Shown piece after piece: positions 8,217 to 16,876 of a stretch of DNA of 64,000 nt. The notes beneath the pieces are model-generated. The model was not told the DNA's origin and ran no database searches. It was given only the letters and a program-made list of their open reading frames with translations. The stretch lies in NCBI GenBank assembly GCA_043804925.1, contig JAZDIP010000104.1, forward strand, positions 63,538 to 127,537, written 5' to 3'. A program made the translations under genes and the position numbers. Positions within the stretch are counted from its first letter, which is position 1; each line of letters begins with the position of its first letter. The stretch comes from a bacterium (lineage in GTDB: Bacteria > Bacteroidota > Ignavibacteria > Kapaibacteriales > UBA2268).

Positions 8217-9075
8217 TCTAATTTTCACAATTCCGCTAATTTCCCAGAATGAGACAAAAAACAATCTCGATAAGATTTGGAGCTTTACCAAATCACTTGA
8301 AGAAAAATCTGATTTTGACCATGCAATTACCGAATACTTAAAGATTATTTGCTTTGCGGACAAAAAAGAAACTAGGGCTGAAGCATATTTTAGAATAGGA
8401 ATATGTTCAAGAGAATTGGGTTTGTGGAATAAAACTCATGAAGCATTCCAAAAAACACTTTTACTTTCTGAGTCGGATAGTTTAAAAATATTATGTAAAT
8501 TAACTGATGCGACAATTTTGATAGCTGAAGGACAATACGACAAGGCACAAATAAATATTCTTATGATGATGTATTTAATACCAGCTGCCTTCAAAGAACA
8601 GGCAGTAATGATACTTATAACATCGTCCATCGTTCAGTATGACTTCAAAAAAACTAAAAAGTTTCTTGACGATTTCGGTTCTTCCATTGATAATAAAGTA
8701 TTATTAAAAAAGATGGATTCAATACTGATAATAATTAATCAGCATGAGACCAAGTCAGCATCGACTGCAAAATGGTTTTCCACTTTCTTGCCCGGTTTAG
8801 GTCAATTTTATGCGGGGGATTACCGAAATTCCGCTAATGCTTTTCTTTTGAATGCCATGAACTTTTCTGCAACTTGTCTTTATATTTATTATGGTGAATA
8901 TGGTAATGCACTGCTATACTTCGCATTTTTAACCGAAAGGTATTACTCAGGGAACCGCTTTCAGGCAGAACAATCGGTGATTAAATTTGAAAATTCATTT
9001 GCTAAAGAGAATGCAAAAAAGTTGTTGGAAATTATTAGAATTGAAAATACTAAGGTACAACCTTTGAATTTCTAA
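8161..9075 (+). CDS. Paralog of 7329..8216: TPR-like protein with C-terminal WFSTFLPGLGQFYAGDYRNSANAFLLNA membrane motif.
   Basis: Same architecture as the preceding gene. The ATG at 8161 overlaps the upstream gene by 56 bp; an in-frame TTG at 8191 giving MSFVRFSAISLIFTIPLISQ is an alternative start. Confidence 0.6.
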   Translation: MMSIIHKYILSFVRFSAISLIFTIPLISQNETKNNLDKIWSFTKSLEEKSDFDHAITEYLKIICFADKKETRAEAYFRIGICSRELGLWNKTHEAFQKTLLLSESDSLKILCKLTDATILIAEGQYDKAQINILMMMYLIPAAFKEQAVMILITSSIVQYDFKKTKKFLDDFGSSIDNKVLLKKMDSILIIINQHETKSASTAKWFSTFLPGLGQFYAGDYRNSANAFLLNAMNFSATCLYIYYGEYGNALLYFAFLTERYYSGNRFQAEQSVIKFENSFAKENAKKLLEIIRIENTKVQPLNF

Positions 9076-9192
9076 ATAAAAAATAATTTGAATAAATCCT
9101 AATAAAAACTTAACTTAATAACTTTCATATTTACTAATTGGAAATAATTTATTGTATAATTTTTTAAGCTAAAATAAAACAAGGAGTGTTAC

Positions 9193-11232
9193 ATGGCAGA
9201 TGAGAAAAAGTTTATGCCTTTCGTTCCGGCAGAATCGAATATGGCAGAGTTTACGATTAAGGCGCTTCTGATAGGGCTAATATTGGCAGTTATACTTGGT
9301 GCCGCTAATGCATATCTTGGTCTTAAAGCGGGTATGACTATCGCCGCTACATATCCGGCGGCAGTCATCGGTATGGCTTTACTCAAGATTTTCAAAGGCT
9401 CGATATTAGAAGAGAACATGACAAGAACAGTTGGTTCCATCGGTGAATCTGTCGCCGCAGGAGCCATTTTTACAATCCCGGCATTTTACATTGCAGGACT
9501 TTGGGACCCATTCCTGACTTCCGAAACTTATATAACTGCAACATTGATACTCGTTTTCGGTGGTATTTTGGGTATCATGTTTGTTGCATTATTGCGAAGA
9601 GTTATGGTTGAAGATACCGACCTTCCATTTCCTGAATCTGTTGCTGCAGCAGAAATACACAAGACAGGACGTTCCGGCGGGAGCAGGTCAAAATTCCTTT
9701 TTGGTGCAATGATTGGCGGTGGAGTCGTCAAAGTTTTAACCCAATTACATATTGTCCCTCAGATATGGGAAAAATTCGTTATTTTTTCAAAACAGGTGGT
9801 TACAGGAACACCAATAGCAGGACAGGGCGGAATGCTTTTAAGTTCTCCCGGTATTAGCCCTGCATACATGGGTGTTGGGTATATAATCGGTCCACAACTT
9901 GCATCACTTAACTTTTCCGGTGGAATGTTGGCTTGGGGTTTATTGGCTCCAATAATTTTATATTTCCTTGCACCAAATCTCGATTTCGTCGAATGGGCAA
10001 ATATGCTTGTACTAAACAAAGGATTTTCGGAAGCCGAAGCTTGGGCTAAAGTTAACGACCCGCAATTTCAGATTATAGAAGTCTGGAAATATATCGTTCG
10101 TCCTATTGCAATAGGTGGTATGTTGGTTGGTGCTTCATTTACATTATTCAGAATGAGAAAAAGCTTAATTGCAGGTATTGTCCGCTCAGTCAACGATGTC
10201 AAAAAAGCCGCATCAGGAACGAGTGTTACTACAGATAGAACGGAAAAAGATATGCCTTTTACATGGATTATGTTCGGTATTCTGATTGTAGCTATTGCAA
10301 CATTTTTAATTACTTTTATGATTTTCAACACCACATTCCTGATTGCATTTGTTGCTTCAACTGTGATGATTATATTGGCATTTTTCTTTGCGGCAGTTTC
10401 AGGTTATTTAGTTGGTATAATGGGCTCGAGCAATAATCCAATCAGCGGATTGACCTTAACTGCACTTGTAGTAACGGCATTAATTTTGGTTATTTTGGGT
10501 GTAACTGCGGATTCCGGAGGTGTTGCGGCTGTATTGGGAGTTGCTGCTATTGTTTGTGTTTCTGCCGCAGTAGCAGGTGAAATGCTCCAGGATTTGAAAG
10601 CAGGACATATATTGGGTGGTACACCATGGAAAATGCAGATGGGCGATATCATCGGTGTCGTTCTTTCCGGTGTAGTTATGTTTGGAGTTTTGGCTTTTCT
10701 TAACGATGGCGATATTGCTATGGGACAAAAATTCGGTTATGACGGTGGTTTCGGCAGCAGGACACTTTCCGCTCCGCAAGCAGGATTAATGGCAATCCTA
10801 TCCAATGGAATTGTTGGCGGTCAAATGGCTTGGCCCCTAATTATTGTCGGTATGCTTATGGGAATCGGATTTATATTAATGCAGGTTAAAAGTCCTATGT
10901 TGGTTTCTGTCGGCATGTACTTGCCTTTGGAAACAACATTTGCAATTTTTGTAGGCGGCTTAATTAAAGGCATAGTTGACATGATGACTAAGAATAAGGG
11001 TTTTGCACCAAATCAACTTGCTAATATCGAAAACGTGGGAGTGCTGCTTGCCTCGGGCTTCATAGCCGGTGAAGCACTAATGGGATTAATCTTTGCCGGA
11101 CTTGCAGTCGGTGATATTATTCCTGATGCTGTCTGGCCCGGCTCACCGTTCTACCTTAGTTTGGTTGTTCTTGTAATAATCGGATATGTTTTAGTTCGGT
11201 TACCATTAAAGAATGCCGGAGCAAAAGAATAG
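9193..11232 (+). CDS. OPT-family oligopeptide transporter (about 16 predicted TM helices).
   Basis: 679 aa polytopic protein. The N-terminus FTIKALLIGLILAVILGAANAYLGLKAGMTIAATYPAAVIGMALLK is typical of bacterial OPT transporters. Confidence 0.75.
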   Translation: MADEKKFMPFVPAESNMAEFTIKALLIGLILAVILGAANAYLGLKAGMTIAATYPAAVIGMALLKIFKGSILEENMTRTVGSIGESVAAGAIFTIPAFYIAGLWDPFLTSETYITATLILVFGGILGIMFVALLRRVMVEDTDLPFPESVAAAEIHKTGRSGGSRSKFLFGAMIGGGVVKVLTQLHIVPQIWEKFVIFSKQVVTGTPIAGQGGMLLSSPGISPAYMGVGYIIGPQLASLNFSGGMLAWGLLAPIILYFLAPNLDFVEWANMLVLNKGFSEAEAWAKVNDPQFQIIEVWKYIVRPIAIGGMLVGASFTLFRMRKSLIAGIVRSVNDVKKAASGTSVTTDRTEKDMPFTWIMFGILIVAIATFLITFMIFNTTFLIAFVASTVMIILAFFFAAVSGYLVGIMGSSNNPISGLTLTALVVTALILVILGVTADSGGVAAVLGVAAIVCVSAAVAGEMLQDLKAGHILGGTPWKMQMGDIIGVVLSGVVMFGVLAFLNDGDIAMGQKFGYDGGFGSRTLSAPQAGLMAILSNGIVGGQMAWPLIIVGMLMGIGFILMQVKSPMLVSVGMYLPLETTFAIFVGGLIKGIVDMMTKNKGFAPNQLANIENVGVLLASGFIAGEALMGLIFAGLAVGDIIPDAVWPGSPFYLSLVVLVIIGYVLVRLPLKNAGAKE

Positions 11233-11236
11233 AAAA

Positions 11237-11262
11237 GTCATCCTGAGCTTGTCGAAGGATGC
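11237..11262. repeat. Hairpin repeat family copy (agtcatcctgagcttgtcgaaggatgc).
   Basis: CATCC/GGATG inverted arms. Same family as 673, 16800, 25009 and 48039 (reverse orientation). Confidence 0.6.
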
Positions 11263-11265
11263 ATT

Positions 11266-11345
11266 AAAATTCGGAAAAAGGAGAACGGAAAAAGGAAAAG
11301 GGAGAATGCAGAAGGACGGCAGACGGAAAGACTATAGAACAATAG
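11266..11345. repeat. Purine-rich word-repeat spacer (GGAAAAG / GACGGCA / AACAATAG words).
   Basis: aaaaggagaacggaaaaaggaaaagggagaatgcagaaggacggcagacggaaagactatagaacaatagaacaatagaac. Confidence 0.55.
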
Positions 11346-11370
11346 AACAATAGAACTAAAATACTAAAAA

Positions 11371-11410
11371 GAAGTGAAGAAACTCAAAAGGTTCTTCACT
11401 TCTTTTTTGT
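11371..11410. terminator. Bidirectional rho-independent terminator between the convergent OPT transporter and Rrf2 genes.
   Basis: gaagtgaagaa-actcaaaagg-ttcttcacttc forms an 11-bp stem. TTTTTT follows on the plus strand and AAAAA precedes it (a T-run for the minus strand). Confidence 0.7.
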
Positions 11411-11513
11411 CAATGTAATTACTGACTACTATTAAACTAATTTGTTTTTCACTTCTTACAATTTTTTAATGCTTTCCTTTTTCAAGCTAAACGGGTTCAA
11501 GATGACAAGAAAA

Positions 11514-11957
11514 TCATATCTTGGTGTTTAGATTTTTTATTTTTTTTATGGTTACCTCGCGGATTTCTTCGAGATTGGATTCGCTGAGCATCCGGTATGT
11601 TTCGTCCCGGAGCTTACCCCATTTCTCGTGAACAGGGCAAGGATTGTCAGGAGAACATCCCGGAAATCCTAAGACACAATTGTGGAATATTTCGAGTCCG
11701 TCAATTGCCAAAACGATTTCGATTAATTTAATCTGGTTTGCAGGTTTGCCAAGGAAGAAACCGCCGTTCTTGCCTTTGCGTGAAGCAACAATACCATTGA
11801 GCGTAAGTGTTTGAAGCACTTTGGAAACAAACTCTTTCGGAACGTTGATTTCTTCCGAAATTTCTTTAGCACTCTTCATTGTGTTTTTATCCAGCGAGGA
11901 CAAAAACAGCACTGATTGAAGAGCAAGCTCGCATTTTTTTGAAAATATTACTGTCAT
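11514..11957 (-). CDS. Rrf2-family transcriptional regulator (IscR/NsrR-like, Fe-S cluster-binding type).
   Basis: N-terminal wHTH (ELALQSVLFLS...KEISEEINVPKEFVSKVLQTL). Three clustered Cys in CVLGFPGCSPDNPCPVH, typical of cluster-ligating Rrf2 proteins. Confidence 0.75.
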   Translation of the reverse strand: MTVIFSKKCELALQSVLFLSSLDKNTMKSAKEISEEINVPKEFVSKVLQTLTLNGIVASRKGKNGGFFLGKPANQIKLIEIVLAIDGLEIFHNCVLGFPGCSPDNPCPVHEKWGKLRDETYRMLSESNLEEIREVTIKKIKNLNTKI

Positions 11958-12008
11958 TTTTTTTCCTTTCTTTAGGTGTTGAAGCTATTAGGCATTTGGG
12001 TTTTTTTG

Positions 12009-12263
12009 TTAATGTTTTTTTAAGGAGCGGAAAAGGTCAGTGAGGATTTTTTTTATTTCCTCAAGTTTTATTTCACAGTCTTTCAAATCACCTTCCTTTA
12101 TGTATCCTAAGCTATCGGCTAATAAAATCTGATAATGCAATTCTTTGAGAGAAGCATAAATTATATCAAGGAATCGGAGATATTCTGATGAACTTTCTCT
12201 TACACAACCCTCAACTATATTTGAAGGAACCGAAACAGCAGACTTCTTCATTTGCGATGTCAA
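12009..12263 (-). pseudogene. N-terminally truncated four-helix-bundle protein (23S rRNA intervening-sequence protein family, PF05635-like). About 35 N-terminal residues are missing and the start is a TTG.
   Basis: KKSAVSVPSNIVEGCVRESSSEYLRFLDIIYASLKELHYQILLADSLGYI matches the family core (...SIPSNIAEG..R.S..EF..FL.IA.GS..EL.TQL.LA..LGY). An in-frame TGA lies immediately upstream of the TTG. Confidence 0.5.
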
Positions 12264-12538
12264 TCAATATATTTCATTTTTTGGAAAATTCCTTGTTATT
12301 TTTTATATAATAAGAGTTAAATCATCGGCTAGTTCAAATGCCCTCAGTTTTGTATTGTCTCTCATAAATACCCTAAATTTCTTTCTTCCTAATAGTCTAA
12401 ATTCCTAAACTCTTAATCTCCTAAGAACAAAATTAAAAAAAATTTTGGAAATAAGATAAAAAAGTCTTAATTTTGAAACGGACTTTAAAGTCTGATTATA
12501 AAATATGTGTTAAAATATACAATTTAGGAGATACAGAA

Positions 12539-12853
12539 ATGGCTGAAAAAATGAATTTTAAAAAAGATTTGGGTTATACTGACGGTTCAATAATCAGTAA
12601 GATGATAATTAAAAAAGAAGCCGGCAACGTTACTTTGTTTTCTTTTGATAAGGGACAATCATTGAGCGAGCATACGGCTCCATTTGATGCTTTAGTCCAA
12701 ATTGTTGATGGAAAAGCCGAAATACATATTGATAAAGTACCTTATGTATTAAATGAGGGAGAGTCAATTGTAATGCCTGCTGACCATCCTCATGCGGTAG
12801 TTGCCCTTGAGAAATTTAAGATGTTGTTGACAATGATTAAGAGTAAGGTTTAA
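12539..12853 (+). CDS. Cupin-domain protein (small single-domain cupin).
   Basis: GxxxxH...E...G core in FSFDKGQSLSEHTAPFDALVQIVDGKAEIHIDK...MPADHPHAV. AGGAG RBS before the ATG at 12539; the ORF-track TTG at 12473 is less likely. Confidence 0.6.
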   Translation: MAEKMNFKKDLGYTDGSIISKMIIKKEAGNVTLFSFDKGQSLSEHTAPFDALVQIVDGKAEIHIDKVPYVLNEGESIVMPADHPHAVVALEKFKMLLTMIKSKV

Positions 12854-12915
12854 TCAATTGTCAATTGTTAATTGTTAATTGTTAATGAAGACAGAAGACA
12901 GAAGACAGAAGGGAG
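12852..12915. repeat. Word-repeat spacer: (CAATTGTTAATTGTTAA)n followed by (GAAGACA)3.
   Basis: tcaattgtcaattgttaattgttaattgttaatgaagacagaagacagaagacagaagggag. Confidence 0.7.
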
Positions 12916-12952
12916 AAATAAATAATATTAAAAATGTAGAAAAGGTGAGAAA

Positions 12953-14197
12953 ATGAGTGAACTAATAAATAATTCGGAAAACAGAAAAAAGTTATTAAAG
13001 CATTTGATTTTGCAATTGCATGAAGGAACTGCTCCGGAGCAGGTTAGAAAACAACTAATGGATTTGATGCAAAAAATTCCTTATGGAGAAATTGTAGAAG
13101 TCGAACAGGAACTGATTAATGAAGGTTTACCTGAAGCAGAAGTAATCAAATTATGCGATATTCACGGAAAAGTTCTTGAAGGCAATATTGACCATACTGC
13201 GGCAAAGGAAGTTCCTGAAGGTCATCCGGTTGATACATTCAAAAAAGAGAATATTGAACTATCCAAAGTTGTTGATTCATTAAATAATTTCCTTAACGAG
13301 ATAACAGCAGATGGTAAACAGATAACGGCAGATAGTTTAGTTTCATCATTGAATAAAATCAAAGGAATGTTCAATGCTTTGATGGATGTTGACAAGCACT
13401 ATCAAAGAAAGGAAAATTTGTTATTCCCGTTTTTAGAAAAAAAGAATATCACAGGACCTCCCAAAGTTATGTGGGCAAAGCACGACGAAACAAGAGAGAA
13501 ACTGAAAGCCGCTATTGAGGCATGCAATCCCGAAGCTATTGCCGATAATGATGATTTCCAATCCGCTGTTGAGTTCTTATTCAAGCCGGCGGCTGAAGCG
13601 GTTACTGATATGATAATGAAGGAAGATGAAATTTTGTTTCCGATGGCGATGGATTTATTGACTGATTTGGAATGGTATGAAATTTATCAACAGACATTAG
13701 AGATAGGATTTTGCCTTTACGATCCGCAAGTTGAATGGCATCCCATTGGTGTTGAAGATGAACTGGTACATTCTAAAAGCGATGAAAATTTGATTCAATT
13801 ACCTTCAGGTAGCTTCACACCTCATGAATTGAATGCTCTTTTGAATACACTACCATTCGATTTGACTTTTGTTGATAAAGATGATAAGGTTAGATATTTT
13901 ACTCAGGGAGAGGAAAGGATTTTTGCAAGAAACAGAGCAATTTTAAAACGTGATGTTCGGTTGTGTCATCCACCTTCAAGTGTGCATATTGTTGACCAAA
14001 TAATCAATGACTTCAAGACAGGCAAGCAAGACAGGGCTCCTTTTTGGATTAATATGCACGAACAATTTATTCACATAGAATATTTTGCAGTCAGGGATGA
14101 AAATGGTGAGTATCTTGGTACATTGGAAGTGAGCCAGAATGCTACCGGATTGAGGAATCTTGAAGGTGAGCAAAGACTTCTGTCTTATAGTAAGTGA
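12953..14197 (+). CDS. DUF438-type protein with a hemerythrin-like cation-binding region and a C-terminal PAS-like domain.
   Basis: 414 aa. N-terminal helical DUF438-like region; H/E-rich hemerythrin-like motifs (KHYQRKENLLFP..WAKHDETRE). Architecture recognised from memory of DUF438 family proteins. Confidence 0.5.
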   Translation: MSELINNSENRKKLLKHLILQLHEGTAPEQVRKQLMDLMQKIPYGEIVEVEQELINEGLPEAEVIKLCDIHGKVLEGNIDHTAAKEVPEGHPVDTFKKENIELSKVVDSLNNFLNEITADGKQITADSLVSSLNKIKGMFNALMDVDKHYQRKENLLFPFLEKKNITGPPKVMWAKHDETREKLKAAIEACNPEAIADNDDFQSAVEFLFKPAAEAVTDMIMKEDEILFPMAMDLLTDLEWYEIYQQTLEIGFCLYDPQVEWHPIGVEDELVHSKSDENLIQLPSGSFTPHELNALLNTLPFDLTFVDKDDKVRYFTQGEERIFARNRAILKRDVRLCHPPSSVHIVDQIINDFKTGKQDRAPFWINMHEQFIHIEYFAVRDENGEYLGTLEVSQNATGLRNLEGEQRLLSYSK

Positions 14198-14326
14198 GGG
14201 AAAAGGGAAAAGGGAAAAGGGAGAAGGGAAAAAGGAGAAATAGAAATTAGAATGTAGAATGTAGAATGTAGAATGTAAAATGTAAAATGTAGAATGTAGA
14301 ATGTAAAATGAAAATCGAACTAAGAT
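14198..14326. repeat. Word-repeat spacer: (GGGAAAA)4-5 followed by (AATGTAGA/AATGTAAA)~10.
   Basis: gggaaaagggaaaagggaaaagggagaagggaaaaaggag...agaatgtagaatgtagaatgtagaatgtaaaatgtaaaatgtagaatgtagaatgtaaaatg. Confidence 0.8.
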
Positions 14327-14866
14327 ATGGAAAATAAATTGATTATAACACCTGAAACAAAGGTGTATGAATTGCTGAAGGAATATCCTCAACTCGAGGA
14401 TGTTTTAATAGAAATAACACCGGTTTTCAAGAAATTGAAGAATCCGGTTCTGAGAAAAACAATTGCAAGAGTTACCAATTTGAAGCAGGCGGCGGCTGTT
14501 GGTAATATTTCTTTAGGTGAAATAATAAACAAATTAAGAGAGGAAGTTGGTCAGGACACTATGGAAAATATTAAAGAAGAAAAGCGATACAAAGACTCAC
14601 CGGCATGGTTTGACAGTTCAAAAGTTACGGATAGTCTCGATGCAATGCCGATTATCAATTCCGGTGGTCACCCATTGGACACAGTAATAAAAGCAGTTAA
14701 AAGTTTAGAGAATGGGAATATCTTTGAGCTGATTACACCATTTTTACCAATGCCGTTGATTGATAAAGTAGAAGAATTGGGCTTTGAATCATGGTCAACT
14801 CAAATTGATGCTAATGTTTTCAAAACGTATTTTATTAGTCGACAGTCTACAGTCGACAGTCATTAG
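14327..14866 (+). CDS. DUF1858-domain protein (N-terminal DUF1858-like redox-associated domain plus a C-terminal extension).
   Basis: ITPETKVYELLKEYPQLEDVLIEITPVFKKLKNPVLRKTIARVTNLKQAA resembles DUF1858, a domain often found with hybrid-cluster/ferredoxin proteins. Confidence 0.45.
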   Translation: MENKLIITPETKVYELLKEYPQLEDVLIEITPVFKKLKNPVLRKTIARVTNLKQAAAVGNISLGEIINKLREEVGQDTMENIKEEKRYKDSPAWFDSSKVTDSLDAMPIINSGGHPLDTVIKAVKSLENGNIFELITPFLPMPLIDKVEELGFESWSTQIDANVFKTYFISRQSTVDSH

Positions 14867-14896
14867 TCGTTAGTTGATATAATTACTAATTACTAA
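14861..14896. repeat. Word-repeat spacer (AGTCGAC/AGTCTAC words, then ATTACTA words).
   Basis: tagtcgacagtctacagtcgacagtcattagtcgttagttgatataattactaattactaatt. Confidence 0.6.
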
Positions 14897-14961
14897 TTTA
14901 AATTGATAAATGATATTGAAAAACGGGAAATTTATTAAATTGATTAAAATATGGAAAGAAT

Positions 14962-15807
14962 ATGTTAAGACAAATAATTGAAATATATGAAGAAAAATGT
15001 GATGGATGCGGACTTTGTGTTCCCGAATGTCACGAGGGTGCATTGCAAATTATTGAGGGCAAGGCAAGATTGATAAGCGACTTATTCTGTGACGGACTTG
15101 GTGCTTGTATAGGTCATTGTCCTTTGGATGCGATAAATATTATTGAGCGTGAAGCTGAACCTTATGATGAAATAAAAGTATTGAAACAGATACTGAATCA
15201 ACCTCGTTCGGTTTTAAAAGCTCACATGAAGCATTTGCTTGACCACCAGGCATTTGAGCATCTTGATACCGCGGTAAATTATTTGAAAGCGGATGGCATC
15301 AATAATCCACTTGATGAAATTGAAAATGAAAAACCGGATAAAAGTGTCCTTGGGTGTCCGGGCTCTATGATGAAGCAATTTGAATCACCTGAAACAGACC
15401 TTGATTCAGACAGTCCGGATATTCCTTCAGAGTTAAGGCAGTGGCCTGTTCAGCTGCATCTTGTAAATCCAAATGCACCATATTTTAAAGACAGTGAGCT
15501 TGTAGTAATGGCTACCTGTGGGCCCATTGCCAGTGCAAATGTTCACAGAGATTACATTAAGGGAAAATCAATAGTAGTTGCATGCCCCAAGCTTGACTAT
15601 ACCGCCCCTTATACTGAAAAGCTGGCGGAGATATTTAATTTTGGAAATATAAAAAAAGTAAATGTAGTGATAATGCAGGTTCCCTGCTGCAGTGGACTTT
15701 TGAAAATCGCTACAGATGCTAAAAAGCTATCAGGAAGGGAAGACATGACAATTGTTGAGAATGTTCTTGATTTACGTGGGAATATAATTAAGGTAGTAAA
15801 AGCATAG
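14962..15807 (+). CDS. 4Fe-4S dicluster ferredoxin-domain protein with a ~200-aa C-terminal region of unknown function.
   Basis: CDGCGLCVPECHEG and CDGLGACIGHCPLDA (two CxxCxxCxxxCP-type cluster motifs). Confidence 0.65.
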   Translation: MLRQIIEIYEEKCDGCGLCVPECHEGALQIIEGKARLISDLFCDGLGACIGHCPLDAINIIEREAEPYDEIKVLKQILNQPRSVLKAHMKHLLDHQAFEHLDTAVNYLKADGINNPLDEIENEKPDKSVLGCPGSMMKQFESPETDLDSDSPDIPSELRQWPVQLHLVNPNAPYFKDSELVVMATCGPIASANVHRDYIKGKSIVVACPKLDYTAPYTEKLAEIFNFGNIKKVNVVIMQVPCCSGLLKIATDAKKLSGREDMTIVENVLDLRGNIIKVVKA

Positions 15808-15903
15808 TTTTTTTTAAAATAATATTTTATTATTAGCTTTTATTTTCTTGAAACAGCGAAACAGTATACTTTGCTTCAGTATAGGAAAACAGAGACAATT
15901 ACT

Positions 15904-16674
15904 TTAAAAAGAGCTTATATATTCAAGGCAAATTGCTCTGTTGAATTCTTTATTATTCGTTAAATTCCCAAGTAAATCTCTTGCTTGAAGTTCGAGAGTT
16001 ACACCTTTGGCTAATGACCATCTTAAAGATGTGTTTAAAAGACTTTTTGCTGTCATGTACTCTTTGTTCCCATCATTTAAAGTAGGATTAAATTCAATAT
16101 TTAGAGCAACAGAATTGCCTATTGAATGTTCTGCTCCAATATAAAAATTAGGCGAGTTATCTTTTGAAGGCGGTTCGAATGAATAATTAATCCCACCATG
16201 GATTGCGACAGTACCAAGTGCCCATTTATAATTTTTACTTAATGCGAGAAAAACTCCCGGTGAATAAGTTTCGAATCTTTTATCTGTTTTGTCAAAGTCA
16301 CCTCTGCCTTGTGTATTTACACCGAACAAAAAAGCAGGTAATGATAAAGTTTCATCAATAAAACGATAGCGAAGATGTACCCCCGGAATTTTCTGCCAGT
16401 TGACTTCTCCTGAACCGATAATATTTGTTCCGCTGTAACTTAATCCCATTACAAAATCGGAGAATGGAGATACGTCGAGTTGAAGCATTATGCCACCCCT
16501 ACTAAAAGCATTGGAATATACAGTATATGCACCTTTTTCGAGTACTCCGGCAGTGGGCATATCCACAATATATCTTGATTCATACATTGCTTTTTCACCG
16601 GCAGTTCCTTGTGCCGACAAAGAATTTAAGCATAAAAATAGAAAAATACTCGCCAATAAATAAATTTTATACAT
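15904..16674 (-). CDS. Outer-membrane beta-barrel protein (hypothetical).
   Basis: Signal peptide; alternating-hydrophobic beta-strand pattern; C-terminal ...ICLEYISSF ending in Phe. Confidence 0.55.
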   Translation of the reverse strand: MYKIYLLASIFLFLCLNSLSAQGTAGEKAMYESRYIVDMPTAGVLEKGAYTVYSNAFSRGGIMLQLDVSPFSDFVMGLSYSGTNIIGSGEVNWQKIPGVHLRYRFIDETLSLPAFLFGVNTQGRGDFDKTDKRFETYSPGVFLALSKNYKWALGTVAIHGGINYSFEPPSKDNSPNFYIGAEHSIGNSVALNIEFNPTLNDGNKEYMTAKSLLNTSLRWSLAKGVTLELQARDLLGNLTNNKEFNRAICLEYISSF

Positions 16675-16799
16675 TTCTTTTACCCCCCTAAATATTTATA
16701 GATACCAAGTTAGCTAAAATTATTTAATTTAACAAAATTTGTTGAAGTACAAAGTTCATGTTCTTTGTCAAAAGTCGAATATTGTGTATCAACGATAAT

Positions 16800-16824
16800 T
16801 GTCATTACAGCGAAAGCAGAATTC
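16800..16824. repeat. Hairpin repeat family copy (tgtcattacagcgaaagcagaattc), degenerate.
   Basis: Same TGTCATT..GAATTC frame as 673 and 25009. Confidence 0.45.
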
Positions 16825-16876
16825 TAAAATTCCAAGGTTTGAGTTTATAATGTTTTTTCGATGTAACTTATTTTTA

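Noticed and set aside
9189-10779. Several 60-99-aa antisense ORFs inside the OPT transporter gene
   Set aside because: They are shadow ORFs of a long, well-supported membrane-protein gene, which is Gly/Ala-rich on the opposite strand.
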